A stretch of DNA of 61,505 nucleotides, filler included, from Sphacelaria rigidula (GCA_964200075.2; 10 parts of 10 records of this genome joined end to end with filler, not necessarily neighbours in it), one strand, 5' to 3'; counted from the first letter of the whole stretch, positions 23,141 through 36,965 are shown. Translations and numbers: made by a program. The notes: generated from the sequence alone by a model not told the origin.

Positions 23141-24354
23141 GTGTGGTGGTGCAGACAAAATCAAGCAGGGCTTAAACCATTCTGGACGCAAGTGGTACAA
23201 TATCGAGACACCTCCCGCCACACTCGCGTCAAGTTAGACCGAGCTTTACTCCGTGCTTGACGTGACATACAAACAGTACAACCAAGCATGCTGCACCAGG
23301 ATCTTCTTCACCATGCAGTGGCCCACACGACACCACAAGGACCTTCACCGCATCCCAAAATAACAGCGCTTCTTCAAACACCAGAAGTCAGCGGTATCGC
23401 AACTCACGACGGGCGGGGCCAGCTCAACAACGGCTAAAAGTTGCTCACACCACAGCTTTCCCAGTTTCCCGAATGGACCCGATATAAGCGTATCACTGTG
23501 ACGTGCAGACCGACCTGGTAACACACGGCACCGCCGCTGAATAAAAAAAAAAATGAAAAAAATGTGCTGCATAATGTGTGACCTTAACGACGGATGGGGA
23601 AAAAAAAAAAAATCGGGATTCGAACTCATGACGTCGATAATTAGAGTCTCCCATCACTTGAATTACAGGGGGTGCAACAGCATCACGCGAAATGTTGCAC
23701 GCACGGCCCAATCCGACTACTCTCGAGCTGAAATTTCAGCAAGACCTCTTGCACCCAACCGAGTGATACTTCACGTGAGCAGCTGCAGATTCTCATCATT
23801 TTCCTGGATTTCGTGGCATAATCTTGTTTTTGCTGAAATTTCGAATCCCCATCACTTCCTTTTTTTATTCCTTCATTCGCTGCTTACGTGATCTTGTGCG
23901 TTTCGATCATAAAAAGCTCATGTCGAAAATTTCAGCGTCGAACTCCTAATATCGCGCCGTGCGTCTCCTGAGCGAGGAAACCACCCGTTGTTGGCTGGCT
24001 CAGCTCGTAGGGCGCACTACGACAAAGACCGGCTGCAGGGATAATAACCTCGAGCAAGTCTTGAACTTGTGTGACCAGCTCTTTCAAGGACAAAAATATG
24101 CGACGCCTGTTATTAATCCCCACGACCGTGAGGGCAGTCCATCTGAACCATGCATACTTATTTCAAGTGATATCGATGCCAATTCAATAGATGGTCTCAT
24201 CTCGCCGTCCAAGGGTGAACCTAGGGGTGTTCTGCTCAGCATCTGTACCGGTATGGACACCGATATTTTCGTCTCCCCTCGCAGATCGTAACGCACGGCC
24301 GAATATGACAAGGTCGCTGCCGAGAATCATCAGCTTCTAACCGTACTGTCATGC

Positions 24355-24544
24355 GTTAGAGGACCGCGTGCTCAGGGGACCGCATCGGAATTTAAACGGC
24401 CCTATGTTTTGGGGTAAGGGTTAGTGTTGGGGTTAGGGGCAGGGGCATGGTCCCTGCAGAGACTGGCTCGATTGGTTGTGGAAAACGTCGATCCTGAGGT
24501 GTTTTGAACTACGATGCGGTCCTCTAAGCACGCGGTCCTCTCAC
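24355..24544. mobile_element. MITE with about 30-bp TIRs and a telomere-like core
   Basis: GAGGACCGCGTGCTCAGGGGACCGCATCG versus reverse complement GAGGACCGCGTGCTTAGAGGACCGCATCG (27/29). Internal GGGTAAGGGTTAGTGTTGGGGTTAGGGG. Confidence 0.8.
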
Positions 24545-24644
24545 NNNNNNNNNNNNNNNNNNNNNNNNNNNNNNNNNNNNNNNNNNNNTTAATTAATTAA
24601 NNNNNNNNNNNNNNNNNNNNNNNNNNNNNNNNNNNNNNNNNNNN
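24545..24644. other. Artificial contig spacer
   Basis: N44-TTAATTAATTAA-N44. Confidence 0.98.
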
Positions 24645-24716
24645 GGGGGGGCGTACTCATTTGTTGCTTGCCTTAGTCGTTTGACCATTGACCACGCATC
24701 CCTTTCGAGACGGAGC
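24645..24716 (-). repeat. Family C' end
   Basis: GGGGCGTACTCATTTGTTGCT..GACCATTGACCACGCATCCCTTTCGAGACGG, also at 18199-18262 and 59192-59260. Confidence 0.75.
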
Positions 24717-24846
24717 AGACACAGCGACAACGCAGGAGGGGAAATTGACTGTCGCACCGGTTGCTACATGGCACAGTCAGAGTATATTCTGACATGTTTC
24801 TTGTTTGTATCTCGTGCACAAACCACGGAGAGTGATGTAAGAATAC

Positions 24847-25062
24847 CTCAGCCCACGTTAACGGCGCATCCTCGTCGTTGAAACCGCCCAGACCCTCCTC
24901 ATGGGATGCTGCACGGGTAGCGTCATCACCGTCACCGCGTTCTCCTGGTCTCGATTGGCCTTCAATAATTTCTTCGCTCAGTCCTCCCTCGCCAACGTGG
25001 GCGCCCAAGCGAAGTGTATGTTGCTTCCCCATAGCTGTTTGCTGAAGCCAGTTCATGAAAAT
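24847..25062 (-). CDS. Probable exon of an unidentified gene (IFMNWLQQ...DAPLTWAE)
   Basis: 216 nt, phase 0-0, TAG acceptor and GAG|GTATT donor; open, with coding-like composition. Confidence 0.5.
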
Positions 25063-26106
25063 CTATGGAATCGCGGCGAGAGAGGCAGGGAAATCCGCAT
25101 GATGCGCAGTTTGCGCATGTTACAGCCAACATTATACTTGTGATTCAGACCAAGCAGCCTATGTAGCTAGCACAACTCCACTCAAGAGGCCCAACCAACT
25201 GCAGTGCAATACCCACCGCCCCACCCCAGCCCCTCCCGGAGGCTTTCGACAGGCAGAAACTCGAAAAATGCAGTAGAAATATTATGTAAGTTTTATTGTC
25301 ATTACTAATGTTATCTGGGGGGGTTCCCCGTCCACAAAACGGGTATACCTCTCACCCCCCCCCTCAGGCCTCGCTTTCCCTTTGAAGGGTTGGTGTCGGT
25401 TGGCAACGACGCTGTAATACACGCCGCCCACTGCGTGAGCTCGGCAATCAGGTTACCGATTTTCATCGCATGCGTTTTATTTTGCGGTGACCATGATGGT
25501 CGAGCTAGATAATCTTGTGCGGCGTGGATATACTGACCTCCGCGCCAAGGGGATGATTGTACCACGTATTGCTTCAAAGGTGAGACACCCATGGGGCAGT
25601 GTGTAACCCTCGACCGTCTCTGGAAGTAGCGGTGCCAGAAAATGAAGCAACTCATTCGAAGCTGTCACCCATAAGCAAGAAATCAGTATGCTCCGGGCTG
25701 AACAACTTGGCAGGATGCAGCTCACATTTCATGAGACTCGCCGAACACATCACGGCGCTTCGCGCTTGATGATTGCGAGCCTGGTACGGCGAAAACCCGG
25801 CGTGCTCCGTCCCGGCCTTTTAGGGATGCGAGGTCAATGGTTCTATGACTATGGCATGCAAGATCATTAGTATACCCCTCAGACCTCGCGCACAATGAGC
25901 TTTGGGTACTGGCCTACAGATGGTATGTGGGGATGGTATCCCTTGAGAACGAGTGTACCCCCTCCCCCTCCTTCCCTCCGGCTTTCTCCATCATGAGATT
26001 CTACAAAAATTGAGGGGGAGGGTACTGGTCTTCAAGGGATTGGGCGCCTTTCTCCACTACAACACGACAGAGTGAAACAAGCCACCGGGCGCCATTATAT
26101 CCGCAC

Positions 26107-26310
26107 CTTTCCGGCCTCTTCTCCAGGAAGAAGCTCCTCCAGAGATATTTCCTCCGCTTCTCCAGCATCGTTACGATGCTGCTGGAGAATAAGGCTGACA
26201 ATTTCGCATGCCTCTTCGCTCTTGCCACCCCTGGATGATACTTTGTTCCCTTTCTGACTGATGAGTAAGTGAAGCTCCAGCTTCATTTTACGCAGGTCCT
26301 CCAACGCCAC
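26107..26310 (-). CDS. Probable exon of the same unidentified gene (VALEDLRKMKLELHLLISQKG...EEAGK)
   Basis: 204 nt, phase 0-0, TAG acceptor and AAG|GTGCG donor. Confidence 0.5.
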
Positions 26311-29300
26311 CTACGTACACCGTCGAAGTAACACGCCGGGCTTTCATTCATACCAGTACAGCTCACACCGAACAGCAAACCAGGAACTGCTTCACAGCGT
26401 ATTATTGGTGGCAAGCAGCTTCTGGCAGATCAACATGACAAAATGAGTCAAGCCGGCCAAGTACGCAAATACAGAAACTAGTGTCACTGCGAATGGGGCA
26501 ACTGTATCCGCGCAAATTTCGATCATGTCGCCACGCTCGACCACTCCTGCCTGAAGGTGGAGGTGCGCTCATGACATAAGACGGAGCAGGACCAAACACC
26601 GTGGGCACAGCGAATCACTGCTCCTTGCGTGGGCTATAACCCACAGCTTCCCCGACGCACTGCACGATGAGCGATGACAACTACGCGTACGGCATTCAAC
26701 ACTCACATCCTTCTCAACAAAACCCTGGCATAACGTGAGTCACTCTTCATTTCACCAAACCACATGACAGCTGACGTGTTACCTTCTTGCCATTTTGGCC
26801 TTGCTTCCAGGACATGAGGCGGACGCGGTCAAGATGCACCGTCAATGGTCACAAGTACAATGCGCACAAGAGTTGCACAATCGAAAAACTTGAAAATTGC
26901 ACAATCGCCATTTTTGAAAGCAGTTGTATTCTAGTGGACATGCTGGTGAACACTGTGGCTACCCAGCTCATGTACCTGTTGAGCCTTGCCAACACCGCAC
27001 CTGAACAAACCGCCCCAGAAAAATATTTTCGTCTCCAGATGGATCTCGCAGCGACACCAACCACTTGAGCAGGGCTATCGCTGGAGCTGCGGTTCTGCGA
27101 ACGAAAGCACCGAACACGGTTTGCATGTTTCTCTGGTAGAAGTCGACGTGTGTGCTTCGTGCTTGTTTTGGTGGAACGAATAGTGTGCAGAATTGACGTG
27201 ATACAGTTGCAGCCTTCATACCGAGATGGCACCGTTACTTGGAATAGTACCTGGCACACCTCTAACATACCTCGGTGCACTTCACAAAACATCGTTTTAC
27301 TCCGGTACAGTGATTAACGGCCAACATAGAACAGTATTGCAGGCGTTTAGTTTGTGCGCAACTGCTGTATGTATCGCAATGTACTACTACTACGCCGCAC
27401 CGTCTGTACACACGTACGTACACTGTGCCTTGTGCAGACGTCGTTTGCCATTAACCCTTTTGGAACCCTCCCCTCCCGTCCCCTGGACAGACGCCTCATT
27501 ATTTCAAGTTGTGACAAAGAAGAAAAGATGGAAACAGAAAAGACCGACGGCAACCGTTTTTACTGTGGAAGACCAAGGGAGACTCAAGAAGCATACGTCA
27601 TGGATGTACCGGAAATGACCCCCCCGGAGCGGTCGGGTTGGGTTTATCCAATGATATCACGCGACGGGCGAAGTGTGTCCAATCGTATGCATCGACAAAA
27701 CTATCGCGAAGCAGTACAAACTCCCATATATGTGATTTATGTCAGTGGGAATCTATGAAACACCTCAATCCGAGTTCGGTGTGCGAATATGTCACATTAG
27801 GGTGCACCGTTTTGGTGGGCTGCATCATCAGGAGTTGGCGAGCAAAGGAAGCCAGACTATACGTCGACAATGATATGGCGGAGCAAGTGGAAATCNNNNN
27901 NNNNNCCCGTCGCCACATGTGGAAGCGCTGAAGAGCGACCCATACGCACTTCACGTTCAGCTGAAAGAGGTGGCTGAGAAATACGCCCAGGACGCTGCCA
28001 GGCGTTTCGCTGAAAAAGCTGCAAGAGCGGTTGGGGCAGCCCATTGCCCTGCGGCGCACACCGCTCCCCCGCTCGCTTACCGAGCGTCAACACAGTAACC
28101 GCAGCAAGAGACGCTGCGAGGCACACAGGATTTTGTGGAAGACATCAGGCGGACGTGATTGCTAGCGTCCAGACAGACGACATACTGGCAAGCGGTCGAC
28201 AACCGCCGACCGGCACAGCCTTTCGCAACCAGCTGAACCCAACTATAACTACAGTCAGTAAACACATCACACTTCACTACTGTTCAGTATGACTGAATAA
28301 AGATGTTACGATGTTCCATGCAAGAAGACAGAAGGTGTGTAATATCATTGAATGAAACCCCAACGCCGCCCACGAGGACAGACGGTCCGAACGCGATAGC
28401 GCAAGCCGGAGTAATACAACACCTCACGCAGCACAAAGTGGGGCTCTACAACCTTCAGACATGATCAACCCGCATTTGAGAGGTGGTGTCGTGGAAACGT
28501 AAAGCACAAAGCGCAGGATGAGTTATGCGGTAAGTAGGCCACGAATTGTCAGCCTGTATCGGATATGCCAAAGTAACGGCCCCCGCCTACGCTGCACCAG
28601 GAGCATGTATAACGGCGGGGTACATGGCACCCTCGTCGCCGTTATGGAATGGTCAAACCTCAGTGTGGTGCCGTAAAAACGCGGTCGACGGACTACAGTA
28701 ACGTGCATGGCGTGAGTTTACACTTGAAATAAGCTGAAAATCTCATGATTACACGCAGTACAGAGGAGTAGGTGAACACATCCCCACAGGGTCTGACGAT
28801 GACTGTCTCCGAATACAGAAAGTAGACGGGGGCATAACTGAGGTAAATTTGCCATTGGCGTCGCCTTTGTTATTGCAACTTAGGCGCAGGCTTGCCATGA
28901 TGCGGCACGAAGCATCTACTGCAGGTGCGGCGTGAAGATTACTTCACGAAAGGTCAGCCATGCACTCTGGCGGGGGGTTAGAAAACACTGACGGGTCGAA
29001 CAATTTGTCATACCCGTAAAATAGAGAACCTTCTTTTCTTCCACGTTCCATTCGCACGGATCTGAAAAACACGCTATAAGCGAATCGTTTGCTCAAAGGC
29101 TGTAGAGAGACAACCATTTCTTACCCGGAAAAACGTCAAATGTAAGTCGTCAATTTTCCATCAACGGTTTCACAAGGGTTGGCGACGCTTGTAGTCAGCA
29201 GTGCTGCTTCACCGCCTGCTTCTTTCGCACTTCGATGGGTTACCGCCGGTGGAACGGATTCTGCGTGCACGACTCTTTAGGGCGCTGGCATGCATGGCTC

Positions 29301-30705
29301 TTCTTTGTTGGTACTGGTTGCGCCGGATTCTGTTGCGAGCAAACTCGGTAGCCGAGCCTCCGCACGCAAGAGTCAGGCTTCGTTCGGAGATCAATGTGTG
29401 GCACTCTCGAAATAATTTGCCTTGGGAGAAGAGCTCCACAGTATACGAACATCGTTGTTTTACCACTGTTGGAAGAGCTGGAATATGGCGTTCAGCTCAT
29501 TGGAATCCGCCTCATCCAGGTACAGTTTTCCCCATATTCAGGTACTTCTCGAAGATCAGGTACACGTTTAGGAGAACAGACTCAGGACACCGGAATATCC
29601 CTTGCGTTTCCCGCCACAAACAGGTATGTGGCGGTTTCGGCCAATCATGTGCCAGGAAATATCGGCATTTGATACTATGGGAACACACTGTACCTGAATC
29701 TATACGTCCAGGTCTACCTGGATCTGTCCGTTACCCTACTTGAAACGTTGTACAACAGTCGTGGCGCACAGTACGCCGCTTGCAGCTGCTGCGCACTGCG
29801 TGGCAGCACGATGGCCACCGTCCACTACATACCCCGAGACTTGGTGTGCTGCCCGAGTGAGTGTGTCGGTGAATTATGTACCAGAGCTGACTCCAACCGC
29901 CGCAATTTGTGAGAGTTGTGGCCTGTGAGAATGAGGTTATGGCACAGCGGCTTAAACACAAACGAAGTTATCGTTCCGTGACAGGTGGTATACAACGTAC
30001 CCTCGGTGATGGAAGGTCTAGTGTAAAAAGTAGCTGACAATAAAGCGCATAGGGAGTCTCGTAGGTTTGGAGGAGACACCAAGGCCCCCAAAAAATCCAT
30101 TTGGTACCTTTTTCTGTAGGTGAGGTGTTACCTAATGAAAATCGTGCGACCCCTGAAAGCATGAAGCTACTCTCCAGAATCCGGTGGCGTATAGTCGATG
30201 GAATTCACACCCTCTCCTCCCGGAACCCACAATTGCCCACCTCCGCGAAGCTTCTGGGGGTGGACACCTTCCCTGCACTTGGTGCAAAATTGTGGAAAGC
30301 GCCACAAACTATGGCCGTAGAAGAAACAGTCATTCTATTGTTTTCTTTCTCATTGGACTGCCGTCTATAGAGCTGGACCCTGACAGAGGTATGATTCAAA
30401 ATTCCTTTCAAGGACGCAAGAGGGGAAACCCATCCCCTTACCCCTTCAGGAGGTGCTAGTTACGAAGGTGGAATTTCAGGGTAGGGTACTGGCGCTGCGC
30501 GCCAGTACTAGGTGTACTGGCTGCGGTCAGCAGCCAGTATACTGGGTCCAAACAGTACACTGGTGCCGCGGCGAAGCCGCGACCACCGGCCCCCTCCGGC
30601 TGGTGAGGGGGCCCCGCCGGAGGCGTGTTTTAACGCGATTTGGCTTCACAAGAAGATATTTTTGGGGTAATTTTGGGCCACGCTGATGCTGCCCGACTCA
30701 GGTAT

Positions 30706-30805
30706 NNNNNNNNNNNNNNNNNNNNNNNNNNNNNNNNNNNNNNNNNNNNTTAATTAATTAANNNNNNNNNNNNNNNNNNNNNNNNNNNNNNNNNNNNNNN
30801 NNNNN
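30706..30805. other. Artificial contig spacer
   Basis: N44-TTAATTAATTAA-N44. Confidence 0.98.
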
Positions 30806-31069
30806 CTCAATCATATCATCTACTCTCAAACTCACGAAAACACTGTTAAACCTGAAACCCCCCAAAATTTCTCCTTCACCTTGGACCCCACCATTTCGGT
30901 TAGCGGAATCCAAATTTGTACGGCGTGTATGTAGTAGTTGTCAATGGCTATAAATAGGTGAAGAAATGGAACCACCTTTCGAATATTTGGTGTGGATACG
31001 AAGATTTTAATTCTCCGGGTTTTCATCCCCATCGCGTAAAATAAATCCCGTGTTATTATACTCGTACGT

Positions 31070-31185
31070 AGGGCCTCGTGTACGGGCATTTCGGAACTGA
31101 AACGATGATTCCACTAATTGATCACTTTACACTCTCAGTCAGTCGTGCCCTCCAATCTCAATATTGATAATGAAAACACTGTTTG
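31070..31185. repeat. Copy of the element arm that forms the EsV-1-7 intron (second arm end at 30806-30850)
   Basis: GGGCCTCGTG..ATTTCGGAACTGAAACGAT..CACTAATTGA is shared with 21806-21856. Confidence 0.75.
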
Positions 31186-33342
31186 ATACAAAACCCCTTA
31201 TTAATAGCACTGCGGGCGCGGCAAGTTTAATACAAAAGAAGAATTATCTCATGTTGTTCATACTTTTGTGCACCTCCATAATGCCCACCATGCACACATA
31301 AGGGCGGAGGGGTCATGTATAATTATCATCACTAGCACTTACTTGGTACGCTGCACTGTTCCATGCCATCAATGATTTCAGGTCGGTTGATGGCGGCGGG
31401 ATTTCTTGCATCGTCAGTAGCGAGCGAACAGACGAACCCATCCATCCACAAAATAACAGCGGTGGCGGACGAGAGACAACACGCGTCCCCTCAAAGACAT
31501 CATGTTCGAGAAACTTTCTCAGGCAAGAAGAGGCAAGATGTTCATCACGTGTAATTTCACGAGTCTGTTTGGGGGTATATGATGTTGTTCCGAGATCGCA
31601 GAAGGTATACAGGAAGTAGAGAGTCAAGTATCCGTTCCTCACACATATACTGTTCTTTGAACCTTCAAGATAAGGTTCAGTACGGCCGCATGATTGAGGG
31701 ATGTTCTTGATTGGGGGACAAACACATCGGCAACTACGCCCAGAGTGTTGCTTCCCCGCCTTTTGCCAATGTGTGCCATGTCCCCATTCGTGCTGCAACG
31801 ACGGGTGTAACGATCAAGGATGAAGCCAAACTACTTTGTTTTGAGTGACCACCAACTCGGCAGTTGGTGTTACACGAGTTATCTTTTACGTATTAGTCAA
31901 ACAGCGGGTTCTGTTCGGACCAGGTGGCGAAGCTTGAAACCGAGACTCCATTACACTGCAGCATTTGTATCTTTTTTGTATACCGGCGCACCTTTTTTTT
32001 CTTCTTGCAAGGGTCGGTCACAAATGTATTTCGGGACACGTGGTCCCCAAGATCGAAAATTCGAGTTCTTGAGGGGGGGGGGGCGTACACCCAGCCTACT
32101 GTCCCCTAGTTTATTGCCGAAGCGTTAGCGGATGCGGCCAGCTGCCGTGTACAGAGATTCTCGACATGGAAGCTGCTCAGATAACGTACACACCGCCCCT
32201 CCAAGCTCATCACCTACCATGATCACATTTATGGGATCATGTTTCGTGTCGTATGCCTCGACTACCGACCACTAGTAGTCCCTCGCAAATTGGGCGAGGC
32301 GTGAGATAATGTTACTACTTTCGCTACAGGCTGTCACTACCGTGCGCTCGTGTTTTGTACATAAATGTGTGTGAGCGTTGCCGGCACCCGAGGTCTTCAA
32401 GACAGGGCGAGCAAGGAGCAGAAGCAAGTACTGTATGCGAACCTCGCAAAGCCCGCCAGACTTTTCCGTTTTTGTCAGTGTTCATCAAATGCTTTAAAAA
32501 ATCATGACAATTTTCGAAAAATTGCCCTCCGGGAGGGAGAGGGGGCGGCTCCGTGTCCCGTTTTTCCTCCTCTCGACAGACCATTGTTTCTTGCCATAAA
32601 ATTCGGCCCAAAACGCACCGCATACTGAGCAAAGAGCGCTCGCAACCTGCGCTCCAAACAGATTACCCAACAAGCAGGTCTGCAAACTAAGTTGGTGTAC
32701 AGCAAAAGTAGGGTCTCCAAGTCATGGGTTTGTCAACATAATAGGTTCTGAGCTCCAGAGTGTTCAATTACCGTGTATCGAGACGCAAACACTCATCGGT
32801 TCCGCATTGCGGACAAACAATTACATGAGCGAAGCACACACAAAAAAACAGATACACAAGCACAACATCCCCGAGTGATCTTCGGCGAGGAACAATGTAC
32901 CACGAGAGTCGCAACAAAGGGGCACCACTAAAACCCGGAACGCACCACTGCTTGGCATCCATTACTCTTATGTTCTATGCTCCGGGACATTCACCGTATC
33001 ATGAACGGCGATCACAAGGCTTTTTAAAGAGGCGCATCTTCTGCAGCGGCGGCCCCACGTATCAGGAAATGCGACGACCTGTGTATTTGTATCAGACAGG
33101 TCCCCAGTAGCTAGCCTAAACTACCGAGAAATCATTCATGAGGAAAGCTAGCGCTTCCCTGCAGCGAAGCCTCCAACAGGGGCCGGCTACAATGCTCGGG
33201 TATCCAAGTCTCCCTCAAAATGATCACAACGTTTCCGTGATAGTGTGCCGACACAGGAGGATGTCCCATCCAACCAAGCAACCCGAGACTCGGATTATGC
33301 TAGGCAGAATTTACTAGGGGGGGGGGGGGGGGAAGAGCTGTC

Positions 33343-33438
33343 TCAGTTCTCCTCGTCGTCGTCATCCTCTTCGTCGTCGTCGCTTTCGAACGTATCGGGG
33401 GGCACGTTGTAAACTCGCACAACTTGCTTGTTCGGGTC
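33343..33438 (-). CDS. EIF3D: eIF3 subunit D terminal exon (DPNKQVVRVYNVPPDTFESDDDEEDDDDEEN*)
   Basis: DPNKQVxRVY motif followed by an acidic tail; CAG acceptor and TGA stop. Confidence 0.95.
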   Translation of the reverse strand, partial: DPNKQVVRVYNVPPDTFESDDDEEDDDDEEN

Positions 33439-34726
33439 CTGTTGGCCGGCATGAATACAGCGAAAACGAAAGGCGCAGAGGAGCAAACACTTGAAACACT
33501 CAGAGCTCACATGTTCATCTTCACGACAACATAATCGAACGGGAGTTGTTGCTCCTCACGCGGTTGGCACAGGTACTTGGGGTACGTAAGCATGATTAAA
33601 TTCCATGTTACAGAGCAAAATCAACGGGTTCCTTCCTTTTCTTAGCCCACGTCCTGAACACATGGAGGGCTCCTTCTGCGACTGCAGAAGAAATATCCTT
33701 CAACGGGGAGGAGCAGGTCCCTCACTCTCGATTTTAAGTCCGCGTCTGTGTAACTCATGAACTCCACCAGTTTCGGTACATTCGTGAGCAGAGAAAAAAA
33801 CACTCGCGCATTCGTTCCACATTTGCTCAAGTATCACGGACCCTAATCACGCGTGTAACTGCTAGCACTTTCAACAAGGGACAGAGCAGCTGTTCAGGCC
33901 GCCGTTCTCAACTTGTGCATACGTTTCCGCCTCCAAAGCGTCCAGCGCTTTGGATGTCAGTGGCTCTGGTGTAAGGTACCACCGGCAGCGGCATTCCAAG
34001 CACTGCCTAATCCTCACCACCTCTTCACCTCTTGAGATTCACCAAATCAATCCACCAAGTCGTACGTACTTTTCAGCATTCATCGGCTGTTCATGAATTT
34101 TCCCGCTGCCACGAACATCATACTCACCTTATTGGTAAATTTACAGCTCTTCGTATTGTGAATCATAGATGAGGTCTAACAGCTGAAAACCCACTACTCA
34201 GACCAAAGGAGAAACATCGTCCACGGAATAGCATCCCTCCCCCTCCGCCGATTTGGGGGAATAGAAGACGCAGCATCCGTTACACTTGCCGCAAGGCAGC
34301 TATGAGCACCGTGGAGATAGCTGCAGCAGTCGCATGAGTGACGTGATGATATCAGATACCCGATATGAGAGGTGACATTTCCTCATCTCCCTCTCACCAG
34401 GTGTGGAGTGGGGTCAAGGCAATTTTCCACCTAGAAAAAAAAACGTATGTTCAGCTACTGCAGTACTTCGACTTATCTGACTCGCGGTTGGGGATCGTCA
34501 CACGCAAGAGTCCATGCTTCCTCAAAGTTCCAAATATTTTTGACAGTTAAGTGAGTCATGTGTCAGCCTGACTATGCGATCAACGGCACAACTACTCACC
34601 CCGCTGCTCTTCAAGAGCTCACATGGAAATTGAGGGTGTGATGCCGTTCTTAGAAGAACATATTGCCCACTCTTCGTCCATACTAGGTGATCTGTAGTGG
34701 GGAAAACAGCGCCTTCGGAAACTGAC

Positions 34727-34819
34727 CTTCATCATGACGTATTTGCCGTCCTCCTGCTTCATGAACAGCTCCACCAGCATGTGGATGATACCCCACATGT
34801 TGTTGGGGCTCATCGTAAT
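34727..34819 (-). CDS. EIF3D: eIF3d exon (ITMSPNNMWGIIHMLVELFMKQEDGKYVMMK)
   Basis: NxWGI...GKYxxxK motif; 93 nt, phase 0-0, CAG and GTCAGT boundaries. Confidence 0.95.
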
Positions 34820-35324
34820 CTGCCAACAAACGCCAACAGCAATAAGTCCACACATGTCAGTACGTATCCCACCGTGCTTCTCGAGCGTTCATGTTGCCAA
34901 CGTTTCGTCGGGAACGGCTGCGGCAACGGCAGTGCGCCGGACACCACGATAGACCTCCACCCGAATCAACTGGCGCATGCCCGCTATATAGATACTCACC
35001 TCCATGTTGGGGTAGGGTATGTAGCAGAATTCGTATGAACCCTTTTGGGACCGGTCCCCCCCCCCCCCCCCCCCCCCCGGGGCCGTCTAGTTCGTATTAA
35101 AAAAAAAAAAAAAAAAAAGAAAGAACCCCCCCGANNNNNNNGTAGGGTATGTAGCAGAATTCGTATGAACCCTTTTGGGACCGGCCCCCCCCCCCCCCCC
35201 ACGGGGTTGACTATGTGTTAGTGAAAAAAATTAAAAACAAGTCAGGGAGCGACCTGCCCAAGCACGGCGAGTCGAAATTTATGGACCAGACCCGAACACA
35301 TCAACGGTGATTACAGGGTACAGC

Positions 35325-35670
35325 GTGTGTGTGTGTGTGTGTCGCCTTCCCATTTATTTTGGACGCCGGTCTACACCTTTCGGTATATGTGGGCGCACAA
35401 GCCGGGGTCACACAGAAGGAAGGCCAACACAGAGTTTTTTTTTTTTTTCCCAAGGTCTTCACCTCCCTTCTGCGGTGCTTGCCATTATTTTTCATCGCGA
35501 GAGGGGTTCAGCAGTCCCTTTCCCTCGTCGATTGTGAAGTACAATTTTGTGTACCTCCGACATTGTGGCTTTCCACTGTTGGGCATTGTGTGAGATGAAG
35601 ATCCCAGATCGGTCCGAGATTCGAACCCACGGCCCAACCGTCAGAAGGTTGAGAGGTACCAACTGAGCCA
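35325..35670 (-). mobile_element. SINE family A, near full length, in an eIF3d intron
   Basis: Head TGGCTCAGTTGG..GGTTCGAATC, body, and (AC)n tail. Confidence 0.85.
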
Positions 35671-35911
35671 AAAAGTACATCGGAGGATCAATCGACCACT
35701 ACTCAAACATGGAACAAAACATGTACATGATGAGTCTGAATACGTGCGGATGAAAACATCTTGAGCCAAGCAGCACTCAGTTCAGGTAGACAAGGCCACA
35801 ATACATATAGCCAGATAAAGCACAGTATACATGTGTTAATGACAGGACTGACAGTCTCGCCGGACCCGGCAAGGCACAAGCACTACCCGGAGTCCCATCG
35901 TCACACATCAC

Positions 35912-35999
35912 CTGCGTCGCAAACTCCCTGGGCTTGTAGCTCTGCGTGCCGAGGATCATGTGCTCGAATGGGTTCGTTTTGGTCACTCGGGATACTAGC
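35912..35999 (-). CDS. EIF3D: eIF3d exon (LVSRVTKTNPFEHMILGTQSYKPREFATQ)
   Basis: VSR...HxILGTQxxKPxEFAxQ motif; phases match the neighbours. Confidence 0.95.
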
Positions 36000-36340
36000 C
36001 TGCAAAGCCGTGCGGGTGGACAGGGACATCGTGACAGTTACTTTACTTGTGACTTTGCGGGCATAGTTTTGCAGTTTCGCAACAGTCATTGCCCACCGGC
36101 ACCCACGTGCAATCGCCATTCACCAGCAGATCACAGCTGCAGGTTTTTAAAGTAGTCACACAATGCACAGTACCGTACACGTACGAGAGAGACCTACAGT
36201 TTTTGATCGAAGACGTTGAAAATCACAAGTAGTCCGAGTGGTCTCACAGAAGTCCAGTTTGTCTTCGATTTGGTGCAGTGCACCGTGTCGTGGCACTCGT
36301 TGTATGCGAATCACTTATCACAACGGCAGCTTTGACCTAC

Positions 36341-36441
36341 CCGATCTTCATCTGGTCCGCCCCAGAAAGAATCGACTGCGCAGTCCACTTCGCCAGCTTC
36401 GCAGAGTTGTTCTTCAACTCTGTGGCCAAGATCGCTCCCCT
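36341..36441 (-). CDS. EIF3D: eIF3d exon ([34 protein letters not shown])
   Basis: [20 protein letters not shown] motif. The acceptor could alternatively lie 3 nt upstream. Confidence 0.93.
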
Positions 36442-36865
36442 CTGCTCCAATTGGTGAAATCCAGAGCAAAAGTGCACGGCGAGACACACGAACAGGCCAT
36501 GTGAGGAACGACCACAAAGACAGTCACGGCATGGATGATTCGAGTTGCAAGGGATATCGAACAAATAAATGCTCATCGGACGAAACATCAGAATCAACAG
36601 CAGCACACTATGAACAACGGACACGATAGTAGTCCATTTTTTCAGTTGTAGACGCAGGAGGAAACCTATCGACGCATAATATTGAACACGATACATGATA
36701 GGACACATATTTTGATGTGTATTGCAAGCGACAATATATATTGCGATAGACTGAGATCACTGAGCATCGATGGGCATAGTTTACCGCAATAGATTGTGGA
36801 ATACATACTTCCTCTGTCCCATAAGTCTGTATCGTTATGTTTGTACGAGCCCTTAACGATGTCCT

Positions 36866-36965
36866 NNNNNNNNNNNNNNNNNNNNNNNNNNNNNNNNNNN
36901 NNNNNNNNNTTAATTAATTAANNNNNNNNNNNNNNNNNNNNNNNNNNNNNNNNNNNNNNNNNNNN
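36866..36965. other. Artificial contig spacer
   Basis: N44-TTAATTAATTAA-N44. Confidence 0.98.

Noticed and set aside
35012..35201. About 60-bp direct repeat either side of a short N gap
   Set aside because: Near-identical sequence flanking a gap next to poly-C and poly-A runs is a typical scaffolding overlap artefact.
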